Shown piece after piece: positions 19,591 through 31,669 of a DNA stretch of 64,000 nt (position 1 is the first letter of the stretch; each line of letters starts with the position of its first letter). The DNA is from Escherichia coli (GTDB lineage Bacteria; Pseudomonadota; Gammaproteobacteria; Enterobacterales; Enterobacteriaceae), in the NCBI RefSeq assembly GCF_024223415.1, contig NZ_CP100500.1. One strand, given 5' to 3'. A program made the translations under genes and the position numbers. The notes beneath the pieces are model-generated. The model worked only from the letters and a program-made list of their open reading frames with translations, made no database searches and was not told where the DNA came from.

Positions 19591-21270
19591 TTACTTATCC
19601 CGCGTCTCGCCAGCCTCCCAGCTGTAGCTGCCATCGGCCGCTAAGCTATCGCCCAGCTCCTGATACTCGAACTGATAAAACTCAGCCTGGGTGCCGTACC
19701 CGGCGTAGTCTACCGCCGCCAGGCCGACGAACGCCCCGGTAAAGAACCCGCCGTAGCTCTGCAACACATAGTCATCGGACAGCACCGCGGCATCCAGCTG
19801 GACCGGGATCTCGGTGAACGTCACGCCATCGAAGCTGTATTCATAGCTGTAGGTCTGCTTGCGGACTTTGGTCCGGAACCAGACGTATTCCACGCCGTCC
19901 GGCACCTTGATGGCGTTATCTTTCAGGTACGACGTGTATTTCCCGCGGTTATTTTCGCCGACTTCGATGACCTTGCCGTTAATTTCATTCCAGGTCAGGA
20001 AGACGAAGCTCCAGTGGCGGTCGTTATAGTAATTCGTTAACCCGGCCATCTGCTGGTAGCTGAAGGGCTCGAATTTCACCTTCACCGCGGCGTCAAAATA
20101 GAAGGCCTGCCAGCGGCGGGCAATCAGCGACAGATCATGCGTATTGGCTAACGAGCCCTGGCCGATTAAGGTTAATTTGCCGTTACCGGTGGTGCCCATT
20201 TTGGCCGTAAACGGCACCCGCAGGGTATTCCAGTTCGGGTCGAGGGCTGGCGACGTAAAGTCATCCTGCTGGCTATTATCGCTGGCGCTTTCGGTGAAGA
20301 TGGCGTCTTTCGGTCCTTCGACGAAGGTTTTCCCGCCGTGACCGCCTTCAATACGCGGCCAGCCCTCGTCATCCCAGTACACTTTCTGGATCGCGGTTTC
20401 CCGGCCGAGGGTTGACCAGCCGCGCGGGTCGTAGATGGATTCCCCCGGGCGATTCCACGGCCGGGCGCAGAGCGAGGCGTAATACCATTCGCCTTCCGGG
20501 GTGGAGACCAGCGCGCCATGGCCCTGTTTCTGGATGTAGCTGTCCGGGGTGTCGACGTTGGTTAAGAACACGTCGCCCGGCTCGGTTTCAAAGCTGTCGG
20601 CCTCGAGGGTTTTCGACCGCGCCACCACCTCCTGGTGGGTAAACACGGTGCCGCCCTGGGCGGCAAACAGGTAGTAGTAGCCGTTCAGTTTATAGAGGTG
20701 CGGCCCCTCGACCAGCGCTACGGCGGTGCCGCGGTAGATGGTGCGCGCGGTTTCCGGCATTAACTTCAGCGTGTTGGTATCCAGCTCCGTTAAGGTAATG
20801 CCATCGAAGGGGTGATGGTACTCCCGGTGATCCCAGGTTTGCTGGACGATATATTTCCGGCCATCGTCGTCATGGAACAGCGAGGCGTCAAACCCGACTC
20901 CGTTCAGCTTGATCGGGTCGCTCCACGGGCCCCGAATATCCTTCGCGGTGGTCAGGTAGTTGGTCATGTCTTTGAAGGCGCCTTCGGTGACCTTCACATC
21001 GGTATACACCAACCAGAATTGCCCGTCGGCCCAGGAGAGCGCCGGCGCCCAAATGCCGCCGGAGGAGGGGTTGCCCTTCATGTCCAGCAGGGTGGTGGTG
21101 GAGAGCGGCGAAGGCAGCAGGTTCCAGTTTTTCAGGTCTTTCGACTCATGTAAACGCACGCCCGGAAACCACTCAAACGTCGAGTTGGCAATATAGTACG
21201 TATCCTCGACGCGAATAATACTGGGGTCGGCATTAAAGCCGCGTAATATCGGGTTTTGAATAAGTGACAT
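19591..21270 (-). CDS. xynB: Glycoside hydrolase family 43 beta-xylosidase (XynB-like)
   Basis: 559 aa; N-terminal GH43 five-bladed propeller motifs (...FNADPSIIRVEDTYYIANSTFEWFPGV...) plus C-terminal beta-sandwich; high GC. Confidence 0.85.
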   Translation of the reverse strand: MSLIQNPILRGFNADPSIIRVEDTYYIANSTFEWFPGVRLHESKDLKNWNLLPSPLSTTTLLDMKGNPSSGGIWAPALSWADGQFWLVYTDVKVTEGAFKDMTNYLTTAKDIRGPWSDPIKLNGVGFDASLFHDDDGRKYIVQQTWDHREYHHPFDGITLTELDTNTLKLMPETARTIYRGTAVALVEGPHLYKLNGYYYLFAAQGGTVFTHQEVVARSKTLEADSFETEPGDVFLTNVDTPDSYIQKQGHGALVSTPEGEWYYASLCARPWNRPGESIYDPRGWSTLGRETAIQKVYWDDEGWPRIEGGHGGKTFVEGPKDAIFTESASDNSQQDDFTSPALDPNWNTLRVPFTAKMGTTGNGKLTLIGQGSLANTHDLSLIARRWQAFYFDAAVKVKFEPFSYQQMAGLTNYYNDRHWSFVFLTWNEINGKVIEVGENNRGKYTSYLKDNAIKVPDGVEYVWFRTKVRKQTYSYEYSFDGVTFTEIPVQLDAAVLSDDYVLQSYGGFFTGAFVGLAAVDYAGYGTQAEFYQFEYQELGDSLAADGSYSWEAGETRDK

Positions 21271-21328
21271 TTCATTACACCTTTTAAAATGGAAAGTGAC
21301 GAATCGGTCTGATTTATAATTTTTTTAA

Positions 21329-22783
21329 CTACACGCGGATCTCATCCAGCTGACGGTTGATGTCGGTAACATGTTTATCGGAGATCGGATAAACCTGGAT
21401 AATCACCATCGAAATAGCGGCCAGCGCGATCGGGATCCACACCGCGGTCATAATGATCCCGTCGATGGCGCTGGCGCTCTGCACGGCGCCGCTTTCATTA
21501 AAGCCATACACCGCCAGCAGCCACAGCGGGATCGCGCCGCCGATGGTGAAGCCGATCTTGAAGAAGAGTCCCATAATGGCATTGATAATGGCGGCATTGC
21601 GTTTGCCAGATTTTAATTCGCCGTACGCGATGACTTCCGGTACCAGCGCCCACATAAAGCCGGTGGCGGAGGTTAAGCCCCACTGTTTAATAAAGGTGGC
21701 GATGTAGGCCAGCCACAGGGCGTCGTGCATCCCTTCGCGGGACCAGACGTAGGTCAGCAGTTCGCCGACGATAAACATGGCGAGGAACAGATGGAAGAAG
21801 CCTTTTTTACCAAAGATTTTTTTCAGTTTCGGCCAGAAAATCGGGAAGGCGATGCCGGGAATAGACGCGACGAGACCCACCGCGCCCATCCATTCGGAGT
21901 GGCCGACGACGTACTGGTTGAAGAAGCCGTTAACAGTGTTCATGAAGAACATGAAGGTAAAGGCCAGCATAAAGAACATGCCCAGAATAACCAGCGGGCG
22001 GTTATGTCGGAGCTCGTGGAAAAGGTCGGTGGTTTTGACGTTGGCGGTCTGCTCGGCGGTCGCGACAACGCGTTCTTTGGTGAATTTATAACAGATAAAC
22101 AGAGCCACCGCGCCGATGATCATATAGATGGCGTACACGCCAAACCAGGCGTAATTTGCCGACGGATCGGCATAATTCCCCAGATTCAGCTCAAGGCCAA
22201 AAAAGCCGGTGTCTTTCAGGCTGCGATCTTTCGGCGCCGCCATCTGCACAAACATCGGGAACAGGGTATAGACCAGCAGGTTGGCGCTGTTGGCCAGCAT
22301 CATGCGGGTACTGGTCAGTTTATCGATCGATTCCGGGTCGCGGGTCAGCGACGCATTCAGCGAGCCATAGGGAATATTGACTAAGGAATAAACCAGGTCC
22401 AGCGCCAGATAAATAATAAAGGCGAAAGCCACCGAACCTTTCACTCCGGGGATGGGCGCGAACAGTAATGCCGAGAGGATCACCAGCGGCACGCCGGCTC
22501 GTAACAGCCACGGACGATATTTCCCTGCCTTCGAGGTTCGTTTATCCACGTAGGTGCCGACCATCGGATCCCAAAACACGTTAATTATGCGGACAAAAAG
22601 AAAAATAAAGCCTGCCGTTGCCGTGCTGATGGTATTTACCGTCAGCATATGCAAAGCCAGAAAACCCCCAATTGTGCCGAAAACCAGGTTTTGCGCAAAG
22701 TCGCCCATGCCATAACCAATTCGTTCTCCACGGGTTAATTTATGATATTCATCATGCCGACTGTGCATTATGTTTTTACTCAT
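21329..22783 (-). CDS. Glycoside-pentoside-hexuronide (GPH) family cation symporter, xyloside transporter-like
   Basis: Polytopic membrane protein with GPH-family N-terminus (...RIGYGMGDFAQNLVFGTIGGF...); start chosen at MSKNIM; co-directional with the xylosidase. Confidence 0.8.
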   Translation of the reverse strand: MSKNIMHSRHDEYHKLTRGERIGYGMGDFAQNLVFGTIGGFLALHMLTVNTISTATAGFIFLFVRIINVFWDPMVGTYVDKRTSKAGKYRPWLLRAGVPLVILSALLFAPIPGVKGSVAFAFIIYLALDLVYSLVNIPYGSLNASLTRDPESIDKLTSTRMMLANSANLLVYTLFPMFVQMAAPKDRSLKDTGFFGLELNLGNYADPSANYAWFGVYAIYMIIGAVALFICYKFTKERVVATAEQTANVKTTDLFHELRHNRPLVILGMFFMLAFTFMFFMNTVNGFFNQYVVGHSEWMGAVGLVASIPGIAFPIFWPKLKKIFGKKGFFHLFLAMFIVGELLTYVWSREGMHDALWLAYIATFIKQWGLTSATGFMWALVPEVIAYGELKSGKRNAAIINAIMGLFFKIGFTIGGAIPLWLLAVYGFNESGAVQSASAIDGIIMTAVWIPIALAAISMVIIQVYPISDKHVTDINRQLDEIRV

Positions 22784-23194
22784 TCTAAGCAGACTCCGGT
22801 TTGTTTTGTGTAGGTGAAACACTTTCTGACACAGTTGACATGGAAGAATCTATTACGTTTTTAAATTAAGTAATTATGTTTTTTTACTTCTGTGATCCTC
22901 GAAGCAAAGGCCTGTATCACCTGCGTTGAGCCGCCATCCGCCGCTAATTTTTTGGCAGACAGGCAATGTGACAAAACCGGCATTTTAATTCGCTATGCCC
23001 ACCTGAATTCCCCAGGAAGTGTACTCTATACGCGCGCGAAGCGAGATATTTAAAATAGTTTTATTTGCGAGATGGCTCACATTTGAGCATTTTCTCAATC
23101 GCTGAGTGAAATAACGTAATTGAGCAACCGACGATGAGAATACACGATGTGTCACAGTTGTTAATTTTCGGCTTCCTCAATTTCGGAGTTCATC

Positions 23195-24514
<1,320 letters not shown>

Positions 24515-24523
24515 ATTTGGCTG

Positions 24524-24545
24524 ACATGCCCCTGCGGGGGCATGT
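24524..24545 (+). terminator. Stem-loop after xylA
   Basis: ACATGCCCC-TGC-GGGGGCATGT 10 bp after the xylA stop. Confidence 0.5.
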
Positions 24546-24844
24546 ATTCCGCCGTGTGCCCGCTGCCGGGAAATAGCGTTTATTTGTTCGTGTTGTATTT
24601 ATGCTGTCTGTGCCGAAAGGCTATCTGTTTGACTGTCTATAGAGGAACAATCCGCCGCGCGGATGGTTCTGCCATTGTGCCACCTTTTTAATATCAGTGA
24701 GGGAGGGCGAGTAGCGATAATTGTGTAATGCCTCTGTGACCGTACAAAATAAAAAATAATTTGTTCTGATGATAGCGACATATTCTGTCAGCTCAGAATA
24801 GGCTGGTTATTGTCTGAATAAAATTAACCTATATTGAGAAACTC

Positions 24845-25156
24845 ATGACAATGATAAAAAAACTTCCATTAACCATGGCGGTTATCGCCGCGTTTTTTCC
24901 GCTTACCTCTGTAATGGCGCAAGAATTTACTCAGGAACAGATCGACGCCATCGTCGCCAAAGCCGTTGATAAAGCGCTGGCCGAGCAAATTGACGCCTTG
25001 AAAGCCGCCGCCCGTGAATGCGGTCCGTTACCCGATGAGCCGTTTATTCAGATGGCGTTTCTTTCTCTGCCAGTGATCCCCGCGCTGAAACTAACCAGTC
25101 AGGGGCTATTTGATGGCGAGAAGTTTGCCTTCACCACGCTGGAAGTCACGGAATGA
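24845..25156 (+). pseudogene. 5' fragment of a LamB/ScrY-type porin gene fused to unrelated sequence
   Basis: First about 120 bp encode signal peptide plus [22 protein letters not shown], the same as the N-terminus of the porin at 30214; the rest has no porin similarity. Confidence 0.6.
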
Positions 25157-25352
25157 AAAAAAGACCGTATTAGCTGATTTACGGAAAATATGTACTCCAC
25201 AAGCGTCAATATCAGACGAGGCCTGGGAAAAGATAATGTTGTCTGATGAAAGTAATCAGCAGCACATCCGTGAGGCTATTGTGGCGATGGAACGCAATAA
25301 CCAGAACAATTACTGGGAAGCGTTAGGCAAGGTTGAATGCCCGGATATGTAG

Positions 25353-25376
25353 ACGTGAAGCTGCAGCTTCACGTCA
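25353..25376. terminator. Perfect palindrome downstream of the LacI-family regulator gene
   Basis: GACGTGAAGCTGCAGCTTCACGTC 13 bp beyond the regulator stop at 25389. Confidence 0.5.
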
Positions 25377-25388
25377 TACATTTAGCAC

Positions 25389-26345
25389 TTAACGTGAACG
25401 TACATCGGGAATAATTAAATCACCGCGCAGAACATATGAACCCAGCATCGTCTGCGTCTTATCGTTAAGCCAACTGACTATGCGGGCGGCCATTTCGTCC
25501 AGCGAATATTCTATCGCCGGAATGGTCGGTATCCCCGGAAGATGAACAGTACCCGCCAGACTAAATACCATAATGTCCTCAGGAACAGATTTATTAAACG
25601 CCTGCAATTGCGGTATCACCCGCTGCGCTTGCTGTTCATCAGCAACTAATAACGCATTAAAGTTCAGTGTTGAGGCGTTATTTAGCAGCTCCTGCAAAGC
25701 CACTGAGGAAGAGATTGCTTCCATAAAAACCAGATTACGGTTAAAGGGAAGAAAGTTTTTCTCCAGCGCGTGTTTATAGCCCAGTAAGACCTGGTCAGAA
25801 AATCCCATACCGTGTGGGTGGATGAGGGCGATTTGGCGTCTGTTCTGACTTATCAGATAGTTACAAGCGGTTTCAGTCGCGAATGTGTGATCGAACTGAA
25901 TACTGTTAACATCATTACCCGTCTCAAGGCAGTCCACCAGTATCACGTTTTCCTGATGAATATTCAGTGGGAAACGCGCACCAATAATCAGTACGTCATC
26001 ACACAAACCACAGCTCAGCTCATCAAGGGCGTTCTTTACCTCGGCTTTATTGCTGGCGAAGCGAAGAAGTAGATGTTTTTGATGCTGGCTGAGATGTTTT
26101 TCCAGAGCGTAAAGATAACCGGTGGTCTGATTAATGTTTTCCTGAGCACAAATTACACCGATACAGCCCGTAGATTGCGTCAGCAGTGACTGCGCAATGA
26201 CATTGGGACGATAGTTTAGCTCTTCGACGGCTTTCAATACCGCGAGACGGCTGGCTTCTTTAACACCACGCGATCCGCTCAACACCCGAGAAACCGTCGC
26301 TTTTGAAACGCCAGCCAAACGCGATACATCATTGATAGTAGACAT
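25389..26345 (-). CDS. LacI-family transcriptional regulator
   Basis: N-terminal HTH MSTINDVSRLAGVSKATVSRVLSG... and periplasmic-binding-protein-like effector domain; divergent from the PTS operon. Confidence 0.85.
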   Translation of the reverse strand: MSTINDVSRLAGVSKATVSRVLSGSRGVKEASRLAVLKAVEELNYRPNVIAQSLLTQSTGCIGVICAQENINQTTGYLYALEKHLSQHQKHLLLRFASNKAEVKNALDELSCGLCDDVLIIGARFPLNIHQENVILVDCLETGNDVNSIQFDHTFATETACNYLISQNRRQIALIHPHGMGFSDQVLLGYKHALEKNFLPFNRNLVFMEAISSSVALQELLNNASTLNFNALLVADEQQAQRVIPQLQAFNKSVPEDIMVFSLAGTVHLPGIPTIPAIEYSLDEMAARIVSWLNDKTQTMLGSYVLRGDLIIPDVRSR

Positions 26346-26636
26346 CATTCTCCCCTGACAGAGCGGCCCTGGCTCCCACAATCCTGAATTCCTGTTGGCT
26401 TAAATATTAGCCGTTCGCAGTATAACTGTTTCCGTTTTCTAATGGAAACCGATTTTCCATGGCATCTCAAAACTGAGCTAATAATGATAAAAATGTGAAC
26501 AGAGTCGAAATAATAACGCGACTTTATAGCGAAATCTGATAGCCGTCACAGTTTATGTTTCCATGAATGGAAACCGGTTTCCAAATGATATCAAATCAAT
26601 TGCGAAATAGATTTTTACATTCAGAGGATGTGTCAG

Positions 26637-26951
26637 ATGGTCAGGATTATGTTGTGTTGCTCTGCGGGGATGTCAACCAGTCTGCTGGTGAAAAAAATGG
26701 TCGAGGCCGCAGAAAGCAGAGAGCTATCGGTAGAGATAGATGCCTACGGAGTTTCCGAATTTGATATTCAGTTTCCAAAATATCAGGTGGTACTACTCGG
26801 ACCGCAGGTAAAGTATATGTTAAACATGCTCGCAGAAAAGGCCGCCCCCCAGGGAATACCCGTAAAAGCCATTGATATGGCGGACTACGGAATGCAACGG
26901 GGTGACAAGGTGCTGGATTACGCTCTGTCGCTCATTGCAGCGACACATTAA
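26637..26951 (+). CDS. PTS lactose/cellobiose-family EIIB component
   Basis: About 105 aa, MVRIMLCCSAGMSTSLLVKKM... with the active-site Cys motif typical of ChbB-like EIIB. Confidence 0.85.
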   Translation: MVRIMLCCSAGMSTSLLVKKMVEAAESRELSVEIDAYGVSEFDIQFPKYQVVLLGPQVKYMLNMLAEKAAPQGIPVKAIDMADYGMQRGDKVLDYALSLIAATH

Positions 26952-26964
26952 GAAAGGTGTCATT

Positions 26965-28296
26965 ATGAGTTCGTTATATCAATCAATGGTTGCCGTTATT
27001 GAACAATCCATCACACCGCTTGCCGGGAAGCTGGGGCAGCAAAAATATGTGATTGCCATCCGGGACGGTTTTACTGCCGCTCTACCGTTTATGATCATCG
27101 GTTCGTTTATGCTGGTGTTCATTTTCCCACCGTTTTCGGCTGAAACAACCAACAGTTTTGCCCGAGGCTGGCTGGATTTCTCCGCTACCTACCGTGAACA
27201 GCTAATGTTGCCATTTAACCTCAGCATGGGGGTGATGACTTTCTTCATCTCAGTGGGGATCGGTGCCAGCCTTGGGCGACAGTTTAATCTCGATCCGATT
27301 ATGTCTGGCTTGCTGGCATTTATGGCATTTTTACTGGTCGCAGCGCCTTATGCTGACGGCAAAATATCGACTCAATATCTTTCCGGGCAAGGTATTTTCA
27401 CGTCTCTGATTACCGCGATTTATGCCACTCGTGTATACGCCTGGTTAAAACAACACAACGTGACAATCCGCTTACCCAAAGAAGTCCCTACTGGTGTGGC
27501 GCGTTCCTTTGAGATCCTTATCCCGGTTCTGGTGGTCATTGCTACGCTACACCCACTGAATCTGTTTATTGAGGCCCAGACTGGAATGATTATTCCTGAG
27601 GCGATCATGCATCTTTTAGCGCCACTGGTCTCTGCCTCTGATTCCCTGCCTGCAATTCTGCTGTCTGTTCTGATGTGTCAGATTTTCTGGTTCGCAGGTA
27701 TTCATGGTTCACTGATTGTAACAGGCATCATGAATCCCTTCTGGATGGCAAACCTGTCGGCAAATCAGGCAGCTCTTGCCGCTGGCGCAGCACTTCCTCA
27801 CGTTTATCTGCAAGGGTTTTGGGATCACTACCTGCTGATTGGTGGTGTCGGCTCGACGCTACCGCTGGCGTTATTGCTGTTACGCAGCCGCGTTGCTCAC
27901 TTGCGTACCATCGGAAAAATGGGCGTTGTCCCCAGTTTTTTCAACATCAATGAGCCTATTCTGTTCGGTGCGCCGATCATCATGAATCCGATGTTGTTTA
28001 TCCCGTTCGTTTTCGTGCCAATTATTAACGCCATCCTGGCCTATACCGCGACCAGACTGGGCTGGCTGGCACAGGTTGTCTCATTAACGCCATGGTCCAC
28101 ACCTGCTCCAATTGGTGCCTCCTGGGCTGCCAACTGGGCACTTAGCCCAGTGGTGATGTGCATTATCTGTATGGTGATGTCGGCGCTGATGTACCTCCCA
28201 TTCTTGCGCGCCTATGAACGCTCATTGCTGAAAAGCGAAGAACAAAAAGCGCAGGATACCGTCTCCGTGGCCAATGCAGCCCGTAGCAACTCATAA
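26965..28296 (+). CDS. PTS lactose/cellobiose-family EIIC permease
   Basis: 443 aa polytopic membrane protein; RBS AAAGG before the ATG at 26965; ChbC/CelB-like. Confidence 0.85.
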   Translation: MSSLYQSMVAVIEQSITPLAGKLGQQKYVIAIRDGFTAALPFMIIGSFMLVFIFPPFSAETTNSFARGWLDFSATYREQLMLPFNLSMGVMTFFISVGIGASLGRQFNLDPIMSGLLAFMAFLLVAAPYADGKISTQYLSGQGIFTSLITAIYATRVYAWLKQHNVTIRLPKEVPTGVARSFEILIPVLVVIATLHPLNLFIEAQTGMIIPEAIMHLLAPLVSASDSLPAILLSVLMCQIFWFAGIHGSLIVTGIMNPFWMANLSANQAALAAGAALPHVYLQGFWDHYLLIGGVGSTLPLALLLLRSRVAHLRTIGKMGVVPSFFNINEPILFGAPIIMNPMLFIPFVFVPIINAILAYTATRLGWLAQVVSLTPWSTPAPIGASWAANWALSPVVMCIICMVMSALMYLPFLRAYERSLLKSEEQKAQDTVSVANAARSNS

Positions 28297-28316
28297 TGAA
28301 TCAAGGAGTAAGAACA

Positions 28317-29714
28317 ATGAGATACCGTTTTCCCGACAACTTCTGGTGGGGGAGTGCCTGCTCTGCGCTGCAAACCGAAGGGGATAGTCTGAACGGCGGC
28401 AAAAGCCAAACCACCTGGGATGTATGGTTCGAACGCCAGCCAGGCCGCTTCCATCAAGGTATTGGCCCGGCGAACACATCAACCTTTTATCAACACTGGC
28501 AAAAAGATATTGCCCTGCTGAAACAGTTAAAACATAACAGTTTTCGCACCTCGTTAAGCTGGTCTCGCCTGATACCAGACGGTACTGGTGACGTAAATCC
28601 TGAAGCGGTGGCGTTCTATAACAATGTCATCGATGAGCTGCTGGCGCAGGGCATCGCACCGTTTATCACCTTGTTCCACTTTGATATGCCGATGGTGATG
28701 CAGGAAAAAGGTGGCTGGGAGAGTCGGGAAGTCGTAGAAGCTTTTGGTGAATATGCCCGTACCTGCTTTGAACTGTTCGGCAACAGAGTGAAGCACTGGT
28801 TTACCTTTAACGAACCGATTGTGCCGGTAGAGGGCGGTTATTTATATGACTTCCACTATCCGAACGTTGTTGATTTTAAACGTGCTGCGACAGTGGCTTA
28901 CCATACCGTTCTTGCGCACGCCACGGCAGTTCGGGCATTTCGTCAGGGTAATTTTGAAGGTGAAATTGGCGTGGTGCTCAACCTGACGCCTTCTTATCCG
29001 CGCTCGCAAAATCCGGCTGATGTTAAAGCCGCACACTGCGCTGACCTTCTGTTTAACCGCAGCTTCCTCGATCCGGTGCTAAAAGGGGAATACCCGGCAG
29101 ACCTTGTAGCATTACTGAAAGAGCACGATCAGTTGCCGCAATGCCAGCCTGACGATAGTCAGCTAATCGCCGACGGAAAAATCGACCTGCTGGGGATAAA
29201 TTATTATCAACCCCGACGAGTTAAATGCCGGGATAGCGCCGTAAACCCCAATGCCCCCTTTATGCCGGAGTGGTTATTTGACTATTACGAGATGCCTGGG
29301 CGAAAAATGAATCCTTATCGGGGATGGGAAATTTATGAACCCGGTATTTACGATATCATCACCAACCTTCGCGATAATTATGGTAATCCTCGTTGTTTTA
29401 TTTCTGAAAATGGGATGGGTGTAGAAAACGAGCAACGCTTTATTCAGGAAGGGCAAGTCAACGATATCTATCGTATTGAATTTGTCGCTGAACATTTAAA
29501 ATGGCTGCATAAAGGAATTAGCGAAGGGTGTAATTGCCTTGGCTATCATATGTGGACGTTTATCGATAACTGGTCATGGCTTAATGCTTATAAAAATCGA
29601 TATGGATTTGTTCAGCTTGATCTGGAAACGCAAACACGCACGATTAAAAAAAGTGGTGAGTGGTTTGCGACAGTTGCAGAAAATAACGGTTTTGATTGCG
29701 AGAAACAAAAATGA
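28317..29714 (+). CDS. Glycoside hydrolase family 1 6-phospho-beta-glucosidase
   Basis: MRYRFPDNFWWGSACSALQTEG...; GH1 motifs FNEP and ENG present (TFNEPIV, ISENGMG); RBS AGGAG before the ATG at 28317. Confidence 0.9.
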   Translation: MRYRFPDNFWWGSACSALQTEGDSLNGGKSQTTWDVWFERQPGRFHQGIGPANTSTFYQHWQKDIALLKQLKHNSFRTSLSWSRLIPDGTGDVNPEAVAFYNNVIDELLAQGIAPFITLFHFDMPMVMQEKGGWESREVVEAFGEYARTCFELFGNRVKHWFTFNEPIVPVEGGYLYDFHYPNVVDFKRAATVAYHTVLAHATAVRAFRQGNFEGEIGVVLNLTPSYPRSQNPADVKAAHCADLLFNRSFLDPVLKGEYPADLVALLKEHDQLPQCQPDDSQLIADGKIDLLGINYYQPRRVKCRDSAVNPNAPFMPEWLFDYYEMPGRKMNPYRGWEIYEPGIYDIITNLRDNYGNPRCFISENGMGVENEQRFIQEGQVNDIYRIEFVAEHLKWLHKGISEGCNCLGYHMWTFIDNWSWLNAYKNRYGFVQLDLETQTRTIKKSGEWFATVAENNGFDCEKQK

Positions 29715-30013
29715 TCGAACTAGAAGATGCGGTTATGGAAATAATCGTCAATGCCGGCCAGTCACGCAGCCTCTGTTTTGAAGCGTTACACGCGGCACGT
29801 GCCGGGAACTTTGATGAAGCCAAACAGCTGCTACGTGAAGCTGACGGTTATTCGCGTCAGGCTCACCATATGCAAACCAAATTGATCGAACAGGATGCTG
29901 GTGAGGCCCGACAGCCAATGACATTAATTATGGTACATGCACAGGATCATTTAATGACATCAATGCTGGCACGAGAATTAGCAGAAGAAATAATTCATCT
30001 TTATCAAAGATAA
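29711..30013 (+). CDS. PTS lactose/cellobiose-family EIIA component
   Basis: 100 aa helical protein MIELEDAVMEIIVNAGQSRS...; overlaps the glucosidase stop. Confidence 0.8.
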   Translation: MIELEDAVMEIIVNAGQSRSLCFEALHAARAGNFDEAKQLLREADGYSRQAHHMQTKLIEQDAGEARQPMTLIMVHAQDHLMTSMLARELAEEIIHLYQR

Positions 30014-30213
30014 TTGATTAATGCTTATGAGGAACATCTATTTGATAAAATAAAACCTCTGCCTTACCCAAGAATAAAATAGATAAACCACCCTGTTTCG
30101 GTAGTTAAAAATAAGCCGAAACAGGCTGCTTATTATCATAAAACAAATTAATACACACCTTATATTTATTATGCCCAACGCATAATGAATTATAACGTGT
30201 GCGTGAGATAATT

Positions 30214-31593
30214 ATGAAAAAGATAAAAACACTTCCAGTTACCCTGGCGGTTATTGCCGCTTTGTACTCAATATCTGCCCAGGCTCAGGAATTTACTCAG
30301 GAACAAATAGACGCCATTGTGGCAAAAGCCGTCGATAAAGCATTAGCCGAAAGGCAAGAAAAAATGGATGCCGCGGCAGCGAAAAAAGTGGATGTGATTA
30401 ACGAACCGGAAAGTGCTGCGCAGTCTCCGGATATGGCAATTCCCTTTGGCGTGAAATTTAGTGGTTATGCCCGTTATGGGGCTCATTTTCAAAGCGGCGA
30501 TCAAAAATATGTTGCTGTAGACGGCTCCTATAATGGTGCATCTGCAATTGGTCGTCTGGGGAACGAAGGTAATGGCGGAGAGTTTCAGTTATCAAAAGCC
30601 TTCAAGAGCGATAACGGCGCAATCTGGGATGTCAATGTCATGATTGATCACTGGGGCGACGAAGTTAACCTGAAGAAGGCCTACGTCGGCGTCACCAACG
30701 TGCTGGAATCCAATCCCAACGCCTATATCTGGGCCGGCCGCGACTTCCACCAGCGTCCGCAACAGGGGATCAACGACTACTTCTGGATGAACCACGACGG
30801 CCAGGGCGCCGGGGTGAAGAACTTTGATATCGGCGGCGTGCAGTTCGACGTGGCGGCGGTGTCGCAGGTGAAATCCTGTAGCCCGGAAGTGATGGCCGAC
30901 GAGACCAACCCGTCGCGTATCACCTGTACCGGCAGCTCCGACACCGGGGACAACGGCCACTACGCGCTGACCACCAAAACCCACAACATCAAGGCCGGGC
31001 CGATCGACGTCGAGGTGTACGCCAACTACGGCTTTGACTCGAAGGCGGTGGACAGCGACGCGCGTCTCGAAGCCTGGCAGGGCGGCCTGGTGCTGAGCCA
31101 CACCAACGACAGCGGGGTGAACAAGGTGATCCTGCGCTACTCCGATAACTCGGATAACAGCGTCTACAACAAAACCGACGACCTGACCACGGTCTACGCC
31201 AGCTTCGAGGGCAGCCATAAGTTCACCCAGCAGGCGCAGGTGGAATATCTGCTGGCCTTCCACGACTACGACAACGGCAAAGATAATACCGACAACCGCA
31301 AAAACTACGGTGCCATCGTGCGGCCGATGTACTTCTGGAACGACGTGCACTCCACCTGGCTGGAAGCGGGCTACCAGCGCGTGGACTACGACCAGGGCGG
31401 GGATAACCACGGCTGGAAGCTGACGCTGTCGCAGAACATCGCCATCGGCATGGGGCCGGAGTTCCGTCCGATGCTGCGCTTCTACGTGACCGGCGGTCAG
31501 GTGGACAACGAGCATACCGCTAAGGTCAACGGCACCAAAGACCAGCAGCTGGATTCGCTGAACGTCGGCGGGATGTTTGAGGCGTGGTTCTGA
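30214..31593 (+). CDS. Carbohydrate-specific outer-membrane porin (LamB/ScrY/BglH family) with N-terminal coiled-coil extension
   Basis: Signal peptide, coiled-coil [34 protein letters not shown], beta-barrel ending ...GGMFEAWF; the 5' 450 bp are AT-rich and the rest GC-rich. Confidence 0.8.
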   Translation: MKKIKTLPVTLAVIAALYSISAQAQEFTQEQIDAIVAKAVDKALAERQEKMDAAAAKKVDVINEPESAAQSPDMAIPFGVKFSGYARYGAHFQSGDQKYVAVDGSYNGASAIGRLGNEGNGGEFQLSKAFKSDNGAIWDVNVMIDHWGDEVNLKKAYVGVTNVLESNPNAYIWAGRDFHQRPQQGINDYFWMNHDGQGAGVKNFDIGGVQFDVAAVSQVKSCSPEVMADETNPSRITCTGSSDTGDNGHYALTTKTHNIKAGPIDVEVYANYGFDSKAVDSDARLEAWQGGLVLSHTNDSGVNKVILRYSDNSDNSVYNKTDDLTTVYASFEGSHKFTQQAQVEYLLAFHDYDNGKDNTDNRKNYGAIVRPMYFWNDVHSTWLEAGYQRVDYDQGGDNHGWKLTLSQNIAIGMGPEFRPMLRFYVTGGQVDNEHTAKVNGTKDQQLDSLNVGGMFEAWF

Positions 31594-31669
31594 TGCGATA
31601 GCGTTGTCGAAGGAGCGTTCCCGGCTGGCGCTACGCTTAGCCGGGCTACGACTGGTGCGCTCCATTTAT

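Noticed and set aside
25110-25352. 80-aa ORF between the porin fragment and the LacI-family regulator gene
   Set aside because: No recognisable family and no clear RBS; may be real but there is insufficient support to call it
30592-31665. 357-aa ORF on the minus strand
   Set aside because: Antisense to the GC-rich 3' part of the porin gene; low-complexity V/A/G/H-rich translation typical of spurious antisense ORFs in high-GC DNA
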